A DNA stretch of 64,000 bases, taken from positions 96,348,001-96,412,000 of the forward strand of contig OX597816.1 in the NCBI GenBank assembly GCA_951406725.2, given 5' to 3'. This stretch comes from Octopus vulgaris (Eukaryota). Below are positions 41,392-56,303 of this stretch, piece by piece. The position numbers were made by a program, and so were the translations under genes. How positions within the stretch are numbered: position 1 is the stretch's first letter; every line of letters starts with the position of its first letter. The notes beneath the pieces are model-generated. The model did no database searches, was not told where the DNA came from, and worked only from the letters and a program-made list of their open reading frames with translations.

Positions 41392-42199
41392 AGTGTGTGT
41401 GTGTGTGTGTGTGTGTGGATATTGAGCGTGAACCTGTATGTGGGTGTGGGTGTGTGTGTGAGTATGTATATGCACTTCTTTCCATCGGTCTCTTTCGCCG
41501 AAAGACGAAGTTTTGGGAACGTAAACAAACCAGCATCGGTTGTGAAGTAGTAGTAGGGGCCAAACAGAGACACAGAGACATGTGTGTCTAATGATCTGTG
41601 AGAAAATGCCATGTGATGAAAACTGCGTGGAAACGTGTGTTCATGTGTGTGTGTGTCCATGTGTGTGTCTATGTCTCTGTGTGTGTATGAGAGAGAGCGA
41701 GAGAGAGAAAGAAAAAGAGAGAGAGAGAAAGAGTTTGCGTCACTTTGTGTTTGTGCATCACACCACCAGCGCTTGAAAACCGATATTTGTTTGTTTACGT
41801 CCCAATAGAACAGTGGTTCAGCAATAAATACCACACTGCTGTGGTATTTATAAGTAAGTACTGGTGTGGATCTGTTCGACTAAACTGTCCAAGGTGGTGT
41901 CTCTTCATAGCTGCAGCAGCCTAATGACCGACGTAGGTAAAAGATAAGAGATGTGTGCGTGTATGCATGTATAGATTTATACATGCATAGTACTATGTAT
42001 ATATATACATATAAACATACATAAATTTACATATGTATATATATATATAAACATACATACAAACACACACATAAACATGCATACATACATACATGCATGC
42101 ATACATACATACATACATGCATACGTACGTACGTACACACGTGTGTATGTGTATGCACGTACATACATATCTGGGAAGGAGGCAGTCAGAATACCTATT

Positions 42200-42414
42200 T
42201 ATTTACTACACACGAGGGGCTAAACCCAGAGAGGACAAACAAGAACAAACGGATTAAGTCGATTTTATCGACCCCAGTGGTACTTATTTAATCGACCCCG
42301 AAAGGATGAAAAGCAAAGTCGACCTCGGCGGAATTTGAACTCAGGACGTAACGGCAGACGAAATACGGCTACGCATTTCGCCCGGTGTGCTAACGTTTCT
42401 GCCAGCTCGCCGCC
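42200..42414 (-). mobile_element. Full-length tRNA-derived SINE
   Basis: Reverse complement of the 31197 family, ending gccagctcgccgcc. Confidence 0.9.
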
Positions 42415-43321
42415 TGTCAGAATACCGTTTGATCGCAGATCTCCAACAACACGTGTTATCAAAATTACTTATTTTATCAACCACCTGTTAAAATAATTTT
42501 CCTAGATCTAAATTTCTCTAAAAAAATTAAGCATGCACAGCTTTTATTAACAAAACCCCTACGTGGCTGCTCGAAATATTAGCGAATTACCCTCCTCAAA
42601 ACAAAACGTATTAGATAACACGATCTGGGTTAAATTATATCCGAAGGGAATAAAAAATTAATGATCATAACTTGAAAAGCTTTTGATCAAGGACCTGCTC
42701 TGTTAACCTGAAGCTAAATAACAGCAACTAATTCCCTTTGTGAACTTTAACATTAAACAACAGTTTGTATATTAATATTTGTTGTTGTTGTTTTTGTTTT
42801 TGGTGGTGGTGGTGGCGGAAGTTGTGGTAGTCGTCGTCGTTTTTTTTTTAATTGTGTAATCGTTACTCCTGTTTATTTACAATAGTGAAAAGCATAATAT
42901 GGTGGATGAGGTAGAAAGACTGGATTCTACTTGTCTGTCGAAAGTGAAGAGCACATCATTAAAAGTATAAAGACTGAAAAGGTCCTGACCTTGAGAAACT
43001 ATTTTAATTTATTTTCTTCTTGAAAGGCAAAGCGTGGGTTTAAGTAGCATGTTGCGTATATATGTGTGTATGTATATGTATCTGCGTGTATGTGTGCGTG
43101 TGCTTCTCTCTGTGTGCGCGTGCATATAATTGCGCGTGTGTGTGTGCGCACGCGTGTGTGTGTGCGCACGCGTGTGTGTGTGTGCGCACGCATGTGTGTG
43201 AGCATGTGTGCGTGCGTACGTGTGTATGTGTGCGTGAGCTTGTGTTCAAAGTCATGAAAGCAATCGTATATATTTCTTAAACGAAATTCCATGGTGATAT
43301 TTCGAAGTGACCATTATTAAA

Positions 43322-43388
<67 letters not shown>

Positions 43389-44246
43389 ACGTTCGACTTT
43401 GGTAGAAGGGGTTAAAATATGTTCTAGTTATTGTTGTTATTTATAGCCCTAGTCGATCCTCATCGGGCAAGCAGATGATTAAAGACATTCTTCTGGGCAA
43501 TATCCATCCCTGATGTTGAGAGAGGGATTGTTTATGATTATATTATCTAATATGTCCCTTCCCTCTTTTTGAGATGATGGTCCCTTAAAATGCCCTTCAA
43601 GTCACTCTTTAAGTATAAAAATGGTGGTTTGAAGAAGCACCTTTTTCTTTTTTAGGAAGGATGGTTTGAAAGAAAGTTTACTACTGTTTCGTAGCTCGAA
43701 TGACCACGTAACGATACACAGTTTAACTCGCAAATATACAAGTGGATTAATGAAGTCAATATTATCCATTGTTTCTTATGTCTCCCCCAAAGTTGAGACA
43801 AGGAACAACTGTCAAATGTCATTGGCCTGAGAGTGTTACATAGGAAAGCAGGTGTTGTCTGCCGAGAAAAAGGAATTTGACGAAACCAATGTTTCACGTT
43901 CATTCGTTCAATTTCTGGGCATTAACCGTGTTTATGATAAACGGATGTATTCACATGTACGATGGACCTGACGGTTAACAGCCTTTGGCAATAGGCTTTT
44001 CTCTGCTTGATGGTTGTAGTAATGAAAGTTATCGTTAGATGGGGGACACAATTAAAGACAGAGAGTTTCCTTGCTATGTTCCCATCAGATTACTTGAAGA
44101 AGAAAGTGTGAGCAGAAAAGGAGTAACTGCTTTCCAGAAAATTTTCAGAATTTTATGCGACAGTGGCGATATTGGCACCGCAGTTAAACGGATCTACTCC
44201 GACTACACAGCTCTATTCTAGCAACATGAGCTGAGAAATAGCATTT

Positions 44247-45585
44247 ACGAGGTGTATTCCATGAGTTTTGAGACTATTTTATGAGAGGGAGTTATAACTC
44301 GCCCAAATTATTCTAATTTTAGTATATCATTACTATACATGTAAAATTCTGGCCTGCTAACACTTTTTTAAATTTCAGATTAAAGGAGATTTTGAATACA
44401 CTCAACTAAACACTGGTTATCACACCTGACTACTGTGCAGAATACCGTCAGGACTTGAAAGCAATTTCGAAACTCGCTATGCAATAAGATTTTATATTAA
44501 ACTCAACAAAACCATTACAGATACTTATGATGTGTTCCAGACTGCTTATAGATCAACTTGTACGAGCCGGACATGTTTTAGCTAGCACAAGAGGTCCAAG
44601 GATGGTAAAGAGGAGGTGGAAGACAGTGAGAGGTGTGGAAGAGAGAGGTGTGCGAGGGAGATGTGTGGGAAGGAGAGTTGTGGGAGGGAGAGGTGTGCGA
44701 GGAAGACGTGTGGGAGGGACGTAAGAACACCAGAGCTGGTTGAGTAAATTCGTAATTTTCTGGATGAAGAACGTCGTATGTCTATAAAGACAATAAACAT
44801 ACAGTTTGGGGCTGGTGTGGCAATCATACATGATGAGGATCTGCACATGAGAAAAATTTGTGCAAAGTTTGATTCCAGGGAGCTCAGAGTCGAACAAAAG
44901 GAGAGATACGTTGGTGAGTGTAGGAGAATGATTGAGCTTATTACCACCTAAACAAGAGTACTTGTATCTATGACGAAAGCTGGATCTACTGATATGATCC
45001 AGAGACCAGGAGACATGGTACCTAATGGGAGCATCCTGGCAACTCCAGACCTAAGAAGCCCAGACAAAGAAAGTCTACCGAGAACTTATTGATGACTCAT
45101 TTTTTTCGACCGAAATAGTACCATTTACATCTATTAAGATTCCTTTGGCCAGAAGGTCAACAAAGAGTACTTTATGGAGGTTTTGAGGAAGTTCAGGAAG
45201 GGATTTCGGTGCAAAAGCCTTGAGCTTTTCCATTAAGGTGGGCGGAACCTGCTCCAGGATAATGCGCTAGTCCATAATTTCATTCTAGTAATCATGTACT
45301 TGAAAGAGGTGGGCATCAAAACTGTCCCTCACTCTCCCTGAAGCCCAGAAATTGTTCTCTGTGACATTCTTTTGAAGATATTGAAAAGATGAAGGAAGCT
45401 GTGATAAGGGTCCTGTACACTTTCACTTTGGAGAAGAGCCATGGGGCCTTCACGAATTGGCTTTAGCGCTAAAGGGGCATTGAAGTCAGAAGATTTTATT
45501 TTGGAGGAGTTAAGAGTTTTGCACTTCTTTGAAATTAATAACAATCTCTCCTTCAAAAAATTCCCAAATTTTTGGTATGCACACA
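44247..45585 (+). mobile_element. Decayed mariner element
   Basis: TA-CGAGGTG start. KICAKF, YDESWIY*YDPET, LLQDNA, PHSP*SPEIVLCD; degenerate right TIR near 45560-45585. Confidence 0.85.
44628..44717 (+). repeat. 6 x 15-bp minisatellite inside the mariner transposase
   Basis: Consensus gagaggtgtgggagg. Confidence 0.9.
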
Positions 45586-46486
45586 GAATTTTTATCGTAC
45601 ATCAGGATATTCTAGGATTTTCTGAGAAGTTCATTTTGATCTTTATTGTTAACAGTTGAGATGCACGATGAGTGACGAAACCGTTTTGTATGCACTCGTC
45701 CCGTGTCCCAGCCCTGTCGAATCACACATAGGACAGCTCTGGCTATCAACTGAATCCATTGTGAAGATCACCCATTTGCTTTCCTTTGACAGGAAATGGC
45801 GGGCATATTTGTTAGTCAAGTGATCCCAGCGAAAGAGATTGTGTGGTGCACCAGATTGAAAGGGTGAAGATGAACACTTTTCTGTTGAGCCAAGCTCTCG
45901 TCAACTCTTTCAGGTTTCATTTCAAAAGAAAATGGAGGGTGGGCGAAGAAATTTTTTCTTCCAGCAACTCTTGAAATGTAAATGACAGTTGCGAGCATGG
46001 GTTGAGTGAAAAGCTTGCCTAGCGCATGAGCTTTTAGACGGGGTGGGGAAAAACAATTGCCTATAGAGCCCAGCGGTGAACTGGTATTTCTTTTATCAAC
46101 CTCGAAAGGGCGAAAGGGAAAGTCGACCTCGGGGTGGTTTGAACTCAAAGCATGAAGACGGGAGAAATGCCGCTAAGCATTTTCCCGTTGTACGAATGAT
46201 TCTGCTAGCTCAATAATAATTATCCTTGGGTCCTGATTTGGGAAGAATATTGTGTAAAATGTCTGTAACGTTTCCTTCGATTCTTTATATTCCGCGCTCG
46301 AATACCGCCTAGGCCAACTTTGTCTTCCATGATTGCAGGGTCGATAAAATATATTAGTTAAATAGGATGGTTGATGATATCGACTTATCCCCTCTAAGTG
46401 TCGCATGTTATTCTGTAAGAGTATATTTTGTGTATGTGTTTGAGCGAGTGTGTGTGCGCGGGATGGTATGAATATGTTCATTTGTA

Positions 46487-46700
46487 CGAGTTGATGCTGA
46501 GTAGCTCCTGGCTTTAAGAGTATCGCAAAAAGCCTGGTTGAAGGACCAACTTTCCGAGTCCTTTTACAGAGCTTAGAAAACTGAAAGAACGCTGCAATAA
46601 GTGTGCGAATCTGAGAGGGGGATATATTGAATAAGACCAAAATTAACTGATCCTCCTGTATCTTCTTTTACTCAAAGCCAGGAGCTTTTCAGCCCCTCTC
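46487..46700 (+). mobile_element. mariner-derived MITE, copy 3
   Basis: Homologous to the 34912 and 41206 copies. Confidence 0.75.
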
Positions 46701-47605
46701 CTCTTAAATGTGTCACAGTTATGGATGACATCATAGTAACTACGCGTTGAATGCATGTTAGGTTGTGCATAATGCTACAGCGTTGTTTTTTTTTCCGTTT
46801 TCTTAGTGAGAAATGACGAAATTTGTTTAAAAAGGTGTTGGTATCATAAGAAACGAAATTATTCTCTTTCGTGGTTTCAGGAACCATTTTCTAAAATAAA
46901 TTTCACGCACAGTCGCTTATGTCTAATTCTATATAGGTTGAAATATTTTGGCATTGCGCATGTTAATTTAAAAACAAAGAACCCTCGTACAAGTAAACAG
47001 ACTTTGAATTTTAGAATCGTATTGATGAATGAGATTCTAAAAAAATAAATAGATTAACGCTATAATTACACGTCGCAGATTGGCAGATTAGTTACAGAGT
47101 TTGAAAAGTGCCATGTGGTGTATATTCTGGCGTTTTTAAGTTCTGAGTGTAAACTCGATCCAGGTCAAATTTGCCTTTTATTCGTCCAGTGTTGACTCTC
47201 ATTATTCAAGAAGGGGCTCTTCGACTATCTGGACTAGCTCCTACCCTCACAAATTGCAGGAAATATATTTATTGCATCTAAATATTTTGATAATGGTAAA
47301 TAACGAAATAGTGTTAAAATATAAAATTTCCTGTATAATTTCAGGTGAGATATTTAGAACTGATAAACGGAATTGGCATTAAGTAATGTGAATTTTGTAT
47401 TTTTTTAAAATCTCCCTTCCTGCCTTTCGAACGCCACGCACGCACACAAACATGCTTACTCCCCAACACACACACACTACTGGAATAATCACGCACAAAC
47501 ACACACACGCAAACACACGCAAACACACGCACACACACACAAACACGATTCCAAGAAAATGTTAATCGTCTATTTTACTTCACCCAAAACAAATAAGAAA
47601 CTACT

Positions 47606-47643
<38 letters not shown>

Positions 47644-48663
47644 GTGCGTGTGAGAGTGTGTGATATTATATATGTTTATGTGTTTTGTGTATATATGCGC
47701 CTATATATTATATATGTATATATTACGCCTATGCATGTATGTATAAGTGATTATTATTATCTGCTGGCTTGTTCGAGCGTAATTTTTATATGGCTCTCTT
47801 AAATGTTTTGGGTTTTATCATAGAAACATTAAGATCTAAATTGAAAGACGTTCCAGCCGAGACCATACTCACATTATTCTCAGCTAAGTGTACGTGGGAT
47901 TATATTTCCTAATGTATCGCATTCATTTCAAAGACGATATGGCGAGTTAAGAAGAAGCTAAACTTACTAGAAAAAAACGAGGGATGTTATCATTGACTTG
48001 TTCGAAATTATTATTATTGAATGTAAAGAATGTGACTCAGGGTTTTGCTATACTTTTTTTTACCTCTGCATTATGAGCTCAAATACAGATGATTTTTTTA
48101 AATAACGCTCCACACATCAATCGGTTAGATGGTTGGTGAATAACCATCGACTAAATCGTTCACATTCATGAACATTCAATTTCTACTGTGGTAAAGTCAA
48201 CAACCAGAATCATATCTGAATCTTTGAAAAAGCAAAACAAAAACCAGACAGTTTGTTCATAAATTAATTAGTTATGACGTAAATTGATTAATTATGTCAT
48301 CGTCTAGGTGTTTTATTGATAATGGGAAAATATTACTTATACATAAAAAAAAAAACTTATCTTAGCGGATTACAATATCAAATTTTCAGAGTCTGCATAA
48401 CTAACATTCGTTACATCGAAGATTTATAACTGACTGCGTATTGTGTCATGGTATCAACGAGCATAATTACTAACGATATAAATACAATCCAGTATAGAAC
48501 CTACAGGCTTATCCTACGAGTTGCACAATATCTGAAGATTTGCTATTGCAATCAGCTATTAAATCAATTATTTTTTTATAAATGATACTTTTCTAAAACG
48601 ACGCAATAATTAATGAAAAAAATTTCGTCTTGCTTTGCTTTCTCGTTTCGTCTACACGCATGC

Positions 48664-48710
<47 letters not shown>

Positions 48711-48834
48711 TGTATATATAATCATATATATGTTACTGTGTACGTATATATATATATACATAAATACATACACACACATATATATATATAAATATATATA
48801 TACATACACATACATACATATATATACAATATAC

Positions 48835-48922
<88 letters not shown>

Positions 48923-50904
48923 TCTTACTCTTTTACTCGTTTCACCCATGCGGCCGTGGTCATGCTGGAGCACCACCACGGTCTTTCTGACTGCTTCAGT
49001 CTAGGTGTATCACATCAACACTGCTATATCTGCCTTTGTCCCAGCTGTTGGTTCATCCGGTATTGTGAAAAGGAGAAAGTCTAATTCCTTTCGAAGACAT
49101 CTGTTTACATAGAATGGAATGTTAAGAAAATCAGTGGTGTGTAACATTATAAATATGATTATGATGCAATTTCTGTATAGTGGAACTAATTGAGAAACAC
49201 CACCATCGCAAATTTCCCTGAACGTTAAAGGCAGGTCCTTTCTTCAATCGCCATCTCCGACTTAAGGGCTTATACTGAGGGTGCTCTCATTTACCCTTAT
49301 ACTATTTCATCTCTTTAATCTACCTTTCAATAGATTCAGTCGAGCACAGTACCTCCCTTGTCAATCGCAAATTCTTTCTAGACTGAAACTTAAGAAGTCT
49401 ATGACGGTTCTCAAAAACAGGAAATTCACCCTCACCCATCACACAATCTCTTTCGCTATAGTCACAAGGCAGAGGAGAATTACCTTCCAAGCCTGCTTAA
49501 AGGATTATGGTGAGGGTATCATCACGATGGATTCATAAGAGAGCCAGATCTGTCTCACATGTGACAGTGCTACAAGTTAGCAATGCTCTGACACCGGAAC
49601 TATGGTGAAGAGAACTATTTCGTCACTTCGCGCGCACCTCGGACGGAACCATATGGTAGAACTTCAGTGCATGTAGAATATGTCTCAAATCTGAAACACA
49701 CCTCGGTAGTACTGCTAAACCAAGGAAATTATCCATAGCAGTCCTAATCGAAAAGAACCCGCAATAGGATTGCCAGTTCGTTTTCTTCCACACATATAGT
49801 CTACCTAAAATGTTTTCATTTTCCTCTCTTTCCAGTTTGATTGGCTTGTTCGAAATTATTATATAATTATTATTATTATTATATAATTATTATATAATGG
49901 AGTCGAGTTAATTCATTATAAGTTGTTAGAGTATAATATCCAACAACAGCTTTGCCCAACTGATGGAGCGTATTGAACGTCAGACAACGTTCTAGTTGCC
50001 AGGCACCCAGTATCATGCACTGTCTAGAAATCTCTGGTGGTGATGCTACTATTGTACTTGTTTTGCGTATCAGAAGCCAGGGCATGCTGAACCTGCCATA
50101 AAAAGTATGCTAGCAGCAGAGGGACTGCCTGATCAGCTTCTTTCATGTCCTGCTTAACTTAGACCAAGAGCCATAATCCTCTTCCTCGATTAGTTTTATT
50201 TTTCCCTTTCAAGTAATCCTTAATTTTGTTTCATCTACTGAAGGCAAAAACGCCACAACACTAATTCTGGAGGTAGCTCGACCACGCACATCTGTTCGCT
50301 GTTGTAATTTATTCTGAGTGCAAAATTCTCTTTTTTTTTTTTTAATAAGGACGATGAAGTGCGTCTTTGCCTTCCGTTTCCGTGGCAGATTTGACATCCA
50401 ACGCGCCAAGTTATTTTTCCGTGGTTGTTGTTTGTTCCCACACAAACATCAGGTATCTTTCTACTTGTTCATGTATGAGCAACTCGACTTACTGTGTTTT
50501 CATGTTTATGTTTCGGGTTCTTTCCATGCATCTTTTTTTCTCTCTACCAGTTCCACTGGAAATATCCCAGCAAAACTATTTCCCCTTTCAATTTCAGAAC
50601 CTAGTAATATTCTTTATTTCATGCAGTTGGTTGTCGCATATTTTTTTTTCATTTGTGATTCTTGTTATTGCAAGCCGCTTTGTAACAACCCTCGTTGACC
50701 GCTGATACAAACGGTTGCCAGACGGCGGCAGTGGTGGTCGTGATGTTGCTACAGTTGTTATTGCTGCTGTACTAGTGATGGTACTGTGGTTGTGATACGT
50801 GGGTGGGTGGATGAGTGGCGGGGCTAAGGGGCGCTTGGGAGAGTTGTTGCTATTATTGCTGCAGCCGCCGTTGTTGTTGTAACCTTTTGAAGATAAGCGC
50901 CACT

Positions 50905-52334
50905 CAAGCACTGAAGTAGATATCGACTATTCCCTATTCCCTCAAAACTGTTGGCATTGCACCAAAATTATAAATTAAAGGCAGCGAGCTGGCTGAACCG
51001 TTTAGCACGTCGGACGTAGATGCTTAGTGGCATTTCCTCCTGTTTTACATTCTGAGTTCAAATTCATACCAGTTTGTTTTTGCCTTATATTCTTTTGGGG
51101 TCGATAAAATAAGCATCAATTGGGCACTGGCGTTGATGTAATCTAGTAGGCCCCTCCCTCAAAATGTCTGGCGTTGTGTCTATAGTAGAAATGATTATTA
51201 TTATTAGAAAGTATGCAGGAATATAAAATCATTAGCATGTCAGACATAATGCTTCTCGGTATTTCTTCCCACTCATTACGTTCAGATTTCAAACTCCGAG
51301 TTAATCGACTTTCCCCCTTACCACCACCACTCTAAAAATATTACTGGTTTTGTGCCAAAGTATTCGTTCTGAGTTCAAAGCCCCCCGAAGTCGATTTTGC
51401 CTTTCATCCCTTTCGGGGCCGATAAGTACTGGGGTCGATGTATTCGACTATCTCCCTCCCGCAAATTTGAGGCCTTATGCCTTTTGTAGAAACTATTATT
51501 ATTATGAGAATAAAGAGAGAAGGTAGATTGGCAGAATTCTTAAGCTATTCCAAATATCCTTTACGGTGTTTGTTCCGTCCCTTCACGTTCTAAGTTCTGA
51601 AGCCACCTTTTGCATTTATTGTTTTGGGTTAAATAAAATAAGCACCAATCATACATATGAATTGATATAATCGATTTTAAAAAAACCCTAAAAATATTAC
51701 TGTCCTTCTAAATTAAAAAAATTAAGAGTTCTGGATTAATAGAAAAATATTCCAGGAAGTATTTCATCCGATTCTTTACATTCTGCGTTTAAATCCCGAC
51801 TTTGCTTTTCATTCCCCTTACCCTGGGGTCGATAAAATAAGGTACCAGTTCAGTAATGAAAGTTGACAGAATTGAATATCCCCTTCTCTTCAAACTGCTA
51901 TCCTTATACCTAAATCAGAATCCTGTGGAGCTCAGCTTTGTCTTTCTTCCTTTCTCGATTGACATTTATGATATCGACTAAGACCAGCCTCCCAAATTTG
52001 ATCCCGGAAAAGATGGTGAGGGGTCAAGAAGTAAGTGTTACCACTACATCTTGGGAAATTCTTTGAGCAGTGGATTCCGATCTATGACGGTACCCGTTAA
52101 CGTAAAATCCGCTCGGAGCATGTGCATATGGGAGAAAGGAAGGAAAACAGATTAGAGAGGGCTCCTGCCCTCTCGTTGTCAGGACGATCCAGGTTTGGTG
52201 GGGTTTTCCTCAAAAAGTCCATTGTAATATTTCCGCTATATATATAAAAAAAGAAGTATGTTTTGTATTATATAGTGCTTGTTATTCGTTTCCGTCCTTT
52301 TCCTTGAGCCCTTGTGATCCTTAAACTACTACTA

Positions 52335-52385
<51 letters not shown>

Positions 52386-52601
52386 ATTCCTCTCCTTCTC
52401 TTCCTCTTCCCGCCTTCTTCCACCCCTCTTCCTCGTCATCATCTTCGGTAACCTGGCAGAAGGGTACCGCGCCGGAAAAAATTGGTTAATGACATTTCTT
52501 CCAACATTGCGTTTTGAGTTCAAATGCCTTTTATACTATCGGGGTCGATAAAATTTACCACTACCCCCTAAATTGCTGCCCATGTCCAAAATTTGAAACC
52601 C

Positions 52602-52666
<65 letters not shown>

Positions 52667-53300
52667 ATTATTATTATTATTATTAAAGCCGGCGAGCGGG
52701 CAGAAACGTTAGCACGCCGGGCGAAAGGCTTAGCAGTATGTCGTCTGCCGCCACGTTCTGAGTTCAAATTCCGCCGAGGTCGACTTTGCCTTTCATCCTT
52801 TCGGGGTCGATTAAATAAGTACCAGTTACGCACTGGGGTCGATATAATCGACTTTATCCGTTTGTCTGTCCTTGTTTGTCCTCTCTGTGTTTAGCCCCTT
52901 GTGGGTAGTAAAAAAATAGGTAATTCGTCTGCTGTTACGCTCTGAGTTCAAATTCTGCTGAGGTCGACTTTGCCCTTCATCCTTTCGGGGGTCGATTAAA
53001 TAAATACCAATTACCCACTGGGGTCGATGTAATCGACTTGATCCCTTTCCCCAAATTTGAGGCCTCCTGCCTATAATAGAAAGGATTGTTAAAGCGGTGA
53101 GCTGGCAGAATAGCTACAGCACCGGATAAAACGCTAAGTGATATTTCTTCCGACTTTACGTTCTGTGTTCAAATACTGCAGAAGACTTTGCCTTTTAACC
53201 TTTCGGGGTCGAGAAAATACATACCAGTTGAGCAGAGGGGTCGATGTACTCGACTTACGCCCTCCCACAAGCTTACTGGTCTTGTGCCAACATTTGAACT
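50905..53300 (+). mobile_element. Cluster of same-orientation SINE copies and fragments of varied age, interspersed with (ATT)/(GTT)/(ACT) repeats
   Basis: Recurring ttctgagttcaaa..ttgcctttcatcctttcggggtcga blocks; the youngest copy is at 52688-53088. Confidence 0.8.
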
Positions 53301-53894
53301 TATTTTTAGAACTATTATTGTTGCTGTTGTTGTTGATATATTGATGTTGTTGGTGATAATGATGATGTTATTTTAATACTTATCAACACGACCTAATCAT
53401 CGTCATCATCGTCATCATCATCGTCATCACCTTCAATATCCTTCTCTTCCCCTTCTTCGTCATCACCAACATCATCATTGTCATCATTAGAGGTTTACCA
53501 AAAAAAAAAAAGAAAAACAAATATATATATAATTGATAAGCCACCCTCATCCACCACCAGAATTTTCATCACAGCACACTCATCGTAATTATCAGTTTCA
53601 TCAACATCCTACTCATTTACTTAGAATATATTCACTAATATGGATTGTTCATTGTGTATGTGTGTGCGTGAATGTAATATGAATGCCTGTGAATTCCCTA
53701 CACGCGTAGTCCACGGACAACGATAGTTTCCGGATTGCCAAACCCCATATAGTGTGGGTGCCAACCATTGACAATCAGGCAACAACCACATGCCCCCGGC
53801 GACTGCAAGATTTGGGAGGAGCTAGTTGTATTCATTACGCTGTAAACACACATAAGCGCGCACACACAAACGCGCGCACACATAAATAAAGGCA

Positions 53895-53921
53895 TACACA
53901 TATATGTGTGTATATATATAG

Positions 53922-54008
<87 letters not shown>

Positions 54009-54031
54009 TAGACAGACAGATAGATAGATAA

Positions 54032-54108
<77 letters not shown>

Positions 54109-54127
54109 CAGATATATATATATATAT

Positions 54128-54192
<65 letters not shown>

Positions 54193-54438
54193 CAGATGGA
54201 TAGATAGATAGATAGGTATACAGATAGATATACACGCTCATACATATAGATAAATAGATATATAGATATACACGCTCATATACACGCACACACAGACAAC
54301 GTTTATATATATATATGTAAGTATATATTGTCATATATATATATATAGATATAATCAAATATATATGTATTATATATGTATATATACATATATATTCATA
54401 TATATATATCTATATATATATACATGCATACATATTTA

Positions 54439-54476
<38 letters not shown>

Positions 54477-54499
54477 CATACACACATATACATAATACA

Positions 54500-54544
<45 letters not shown>

Positions 54545-54670
54545 ATTATTATTATTATTATTATCATTATTATTATTATTATTATTGTTATTATTATTAT
54601 TATTTCATGTCGCTATGTATCTTCAGTGTTATTGCTGACTGTCAAAATAATATTCATCCATCCCGGAACA

Positions 54671-54729
<59 letters not shown>

Positions 54730-54815
54730 TGTATAAACACCCTTAAAACAACCCACACACAAACATACACGCACACACAGACACACACACACATACACAC
54801 ACACGCACACGCATA
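53895..54815. repeat. Compound (GATA)/(TA)/(ATT)/(CA) microsatellite field
   Basis: Direct reading. Confidence 0.95.
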
Positions 54816-55854
54816 TTCCTACGCTAGATACATCATTTAAGTGTAATTTAGTGTTCATTTATTATCTTTCTTAAAGTTTCAGCAATTAGTTTATTTCACA
54901 AGCATCATGACCAAGATCAATAACAAGAAAACAAAACAAAAAATCACGAAAACCTAACAAACAAAATTAACAATTAATATCACATTGCGTATCTATTACC
55001 GTAACAACAACAACAACAACAGCAGCAACAACAACAATAGAACTAGTTACAGGAAAAAAAAACTAAATACATATATATATATATAAATATATGGTGGCAA
55101 AGTAGTAACCGAAGAAAGTGTGTAGGAAAAGGAAAAGATAGTGAGAGAAGCAGGTAGACGGAGGGAGCAAGAAATAGTGGGAGAAAGAGGAAGAGCGAGA
55201 AAGGGGGAGAGATACATGAAGCCGAATAGAGGGCGGGAGAGAGGGAGAGTGAACGGGAGGCTACTATATTTACAACGTTAAAGAGATATTAAAGTTTAAA
55301 ACAGACAACGATACATGGGAAGAAACATTGAGAAGAGAAAACATAATACAGCGAAATATAACAGAAAAAGAGAGAGAGAGACAATTATACTTTCTTATAC
55401 ACACAACATATATATATATATATTTATACAGAAACGATATATGTAGATAGAGAACAATAGAGACAACTATACATACATATATATATATATAGGTATATAG
55501 ATTATATAAATCTATTTATTTATTTGTTTGTCCATTTATTTATTTAAATATTTATTTATTTACACACCCAAAGTGTTTATATATAAAGCTGTATCAAAGA
55601 TCAACAACTTCAGTGCCTGGAACTCCAACAGAAGGTAAACATCCTTTTTTTGAAATGCTTGTTTATTCTTTTTAATTTTTCCCGCTCATGGTGTTTTAAT
55701 TTGTCAAAGTTAAATCATATGACCACTGCATAACACAGATTTACACTATTTCGCGGTTTCACATCACACAGTTTTCACAAACCCCGGTCGTCGGTAATAC
55801 AAAAAGAAACGACACATAATGATTATTATTATCATTATCATTATCATTATCTTT

Positions 55855-56070
55855 TTTTTTCTTCTTCTATCAAATTTGCTTCCATTTCTTGCCGAGTTTC
55901 TTCCCGACTCCTAGGGCAAAGAAACTCATAGTATACATTGGTAGGCCATTAAACTAAACTCACTAATTCGTTCATTTTTTTTTTAAAGTTAAATTAAAAT
56001 ACATGGGTAGTAATAGTTCTCACATCGATAATGCTCTTCTCAATACGTGTGATGTACCAGTTAAGACAAT
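55855..56070 (-). mobile_element. R4/Dong-type LINE extreme 3' end embedded in (AAT)n
   Basis: IVLTGTSHVLRRALSM* C-terminal motif plus 3' UTR, flanked by ATT/ATC repeats. Confidence 0.7.
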
Positions 56071-56182
56071 GATTATCATTATTATTATTATTACTATTAT
56101 TATTATTATTATTATTATTATTATCATTAAATACATATTTATCTATCTATTTGTATACCTCTCAGTCTAAATCCATATTTGT

Positions 56183-56235
<53 letters not shown>

Positions 56236-56303
56236 GTTATTATTGTTATTATTATTGTTATTATTATTATTATTAACATCATCATCATTATTATTATTAT
56301 TAA

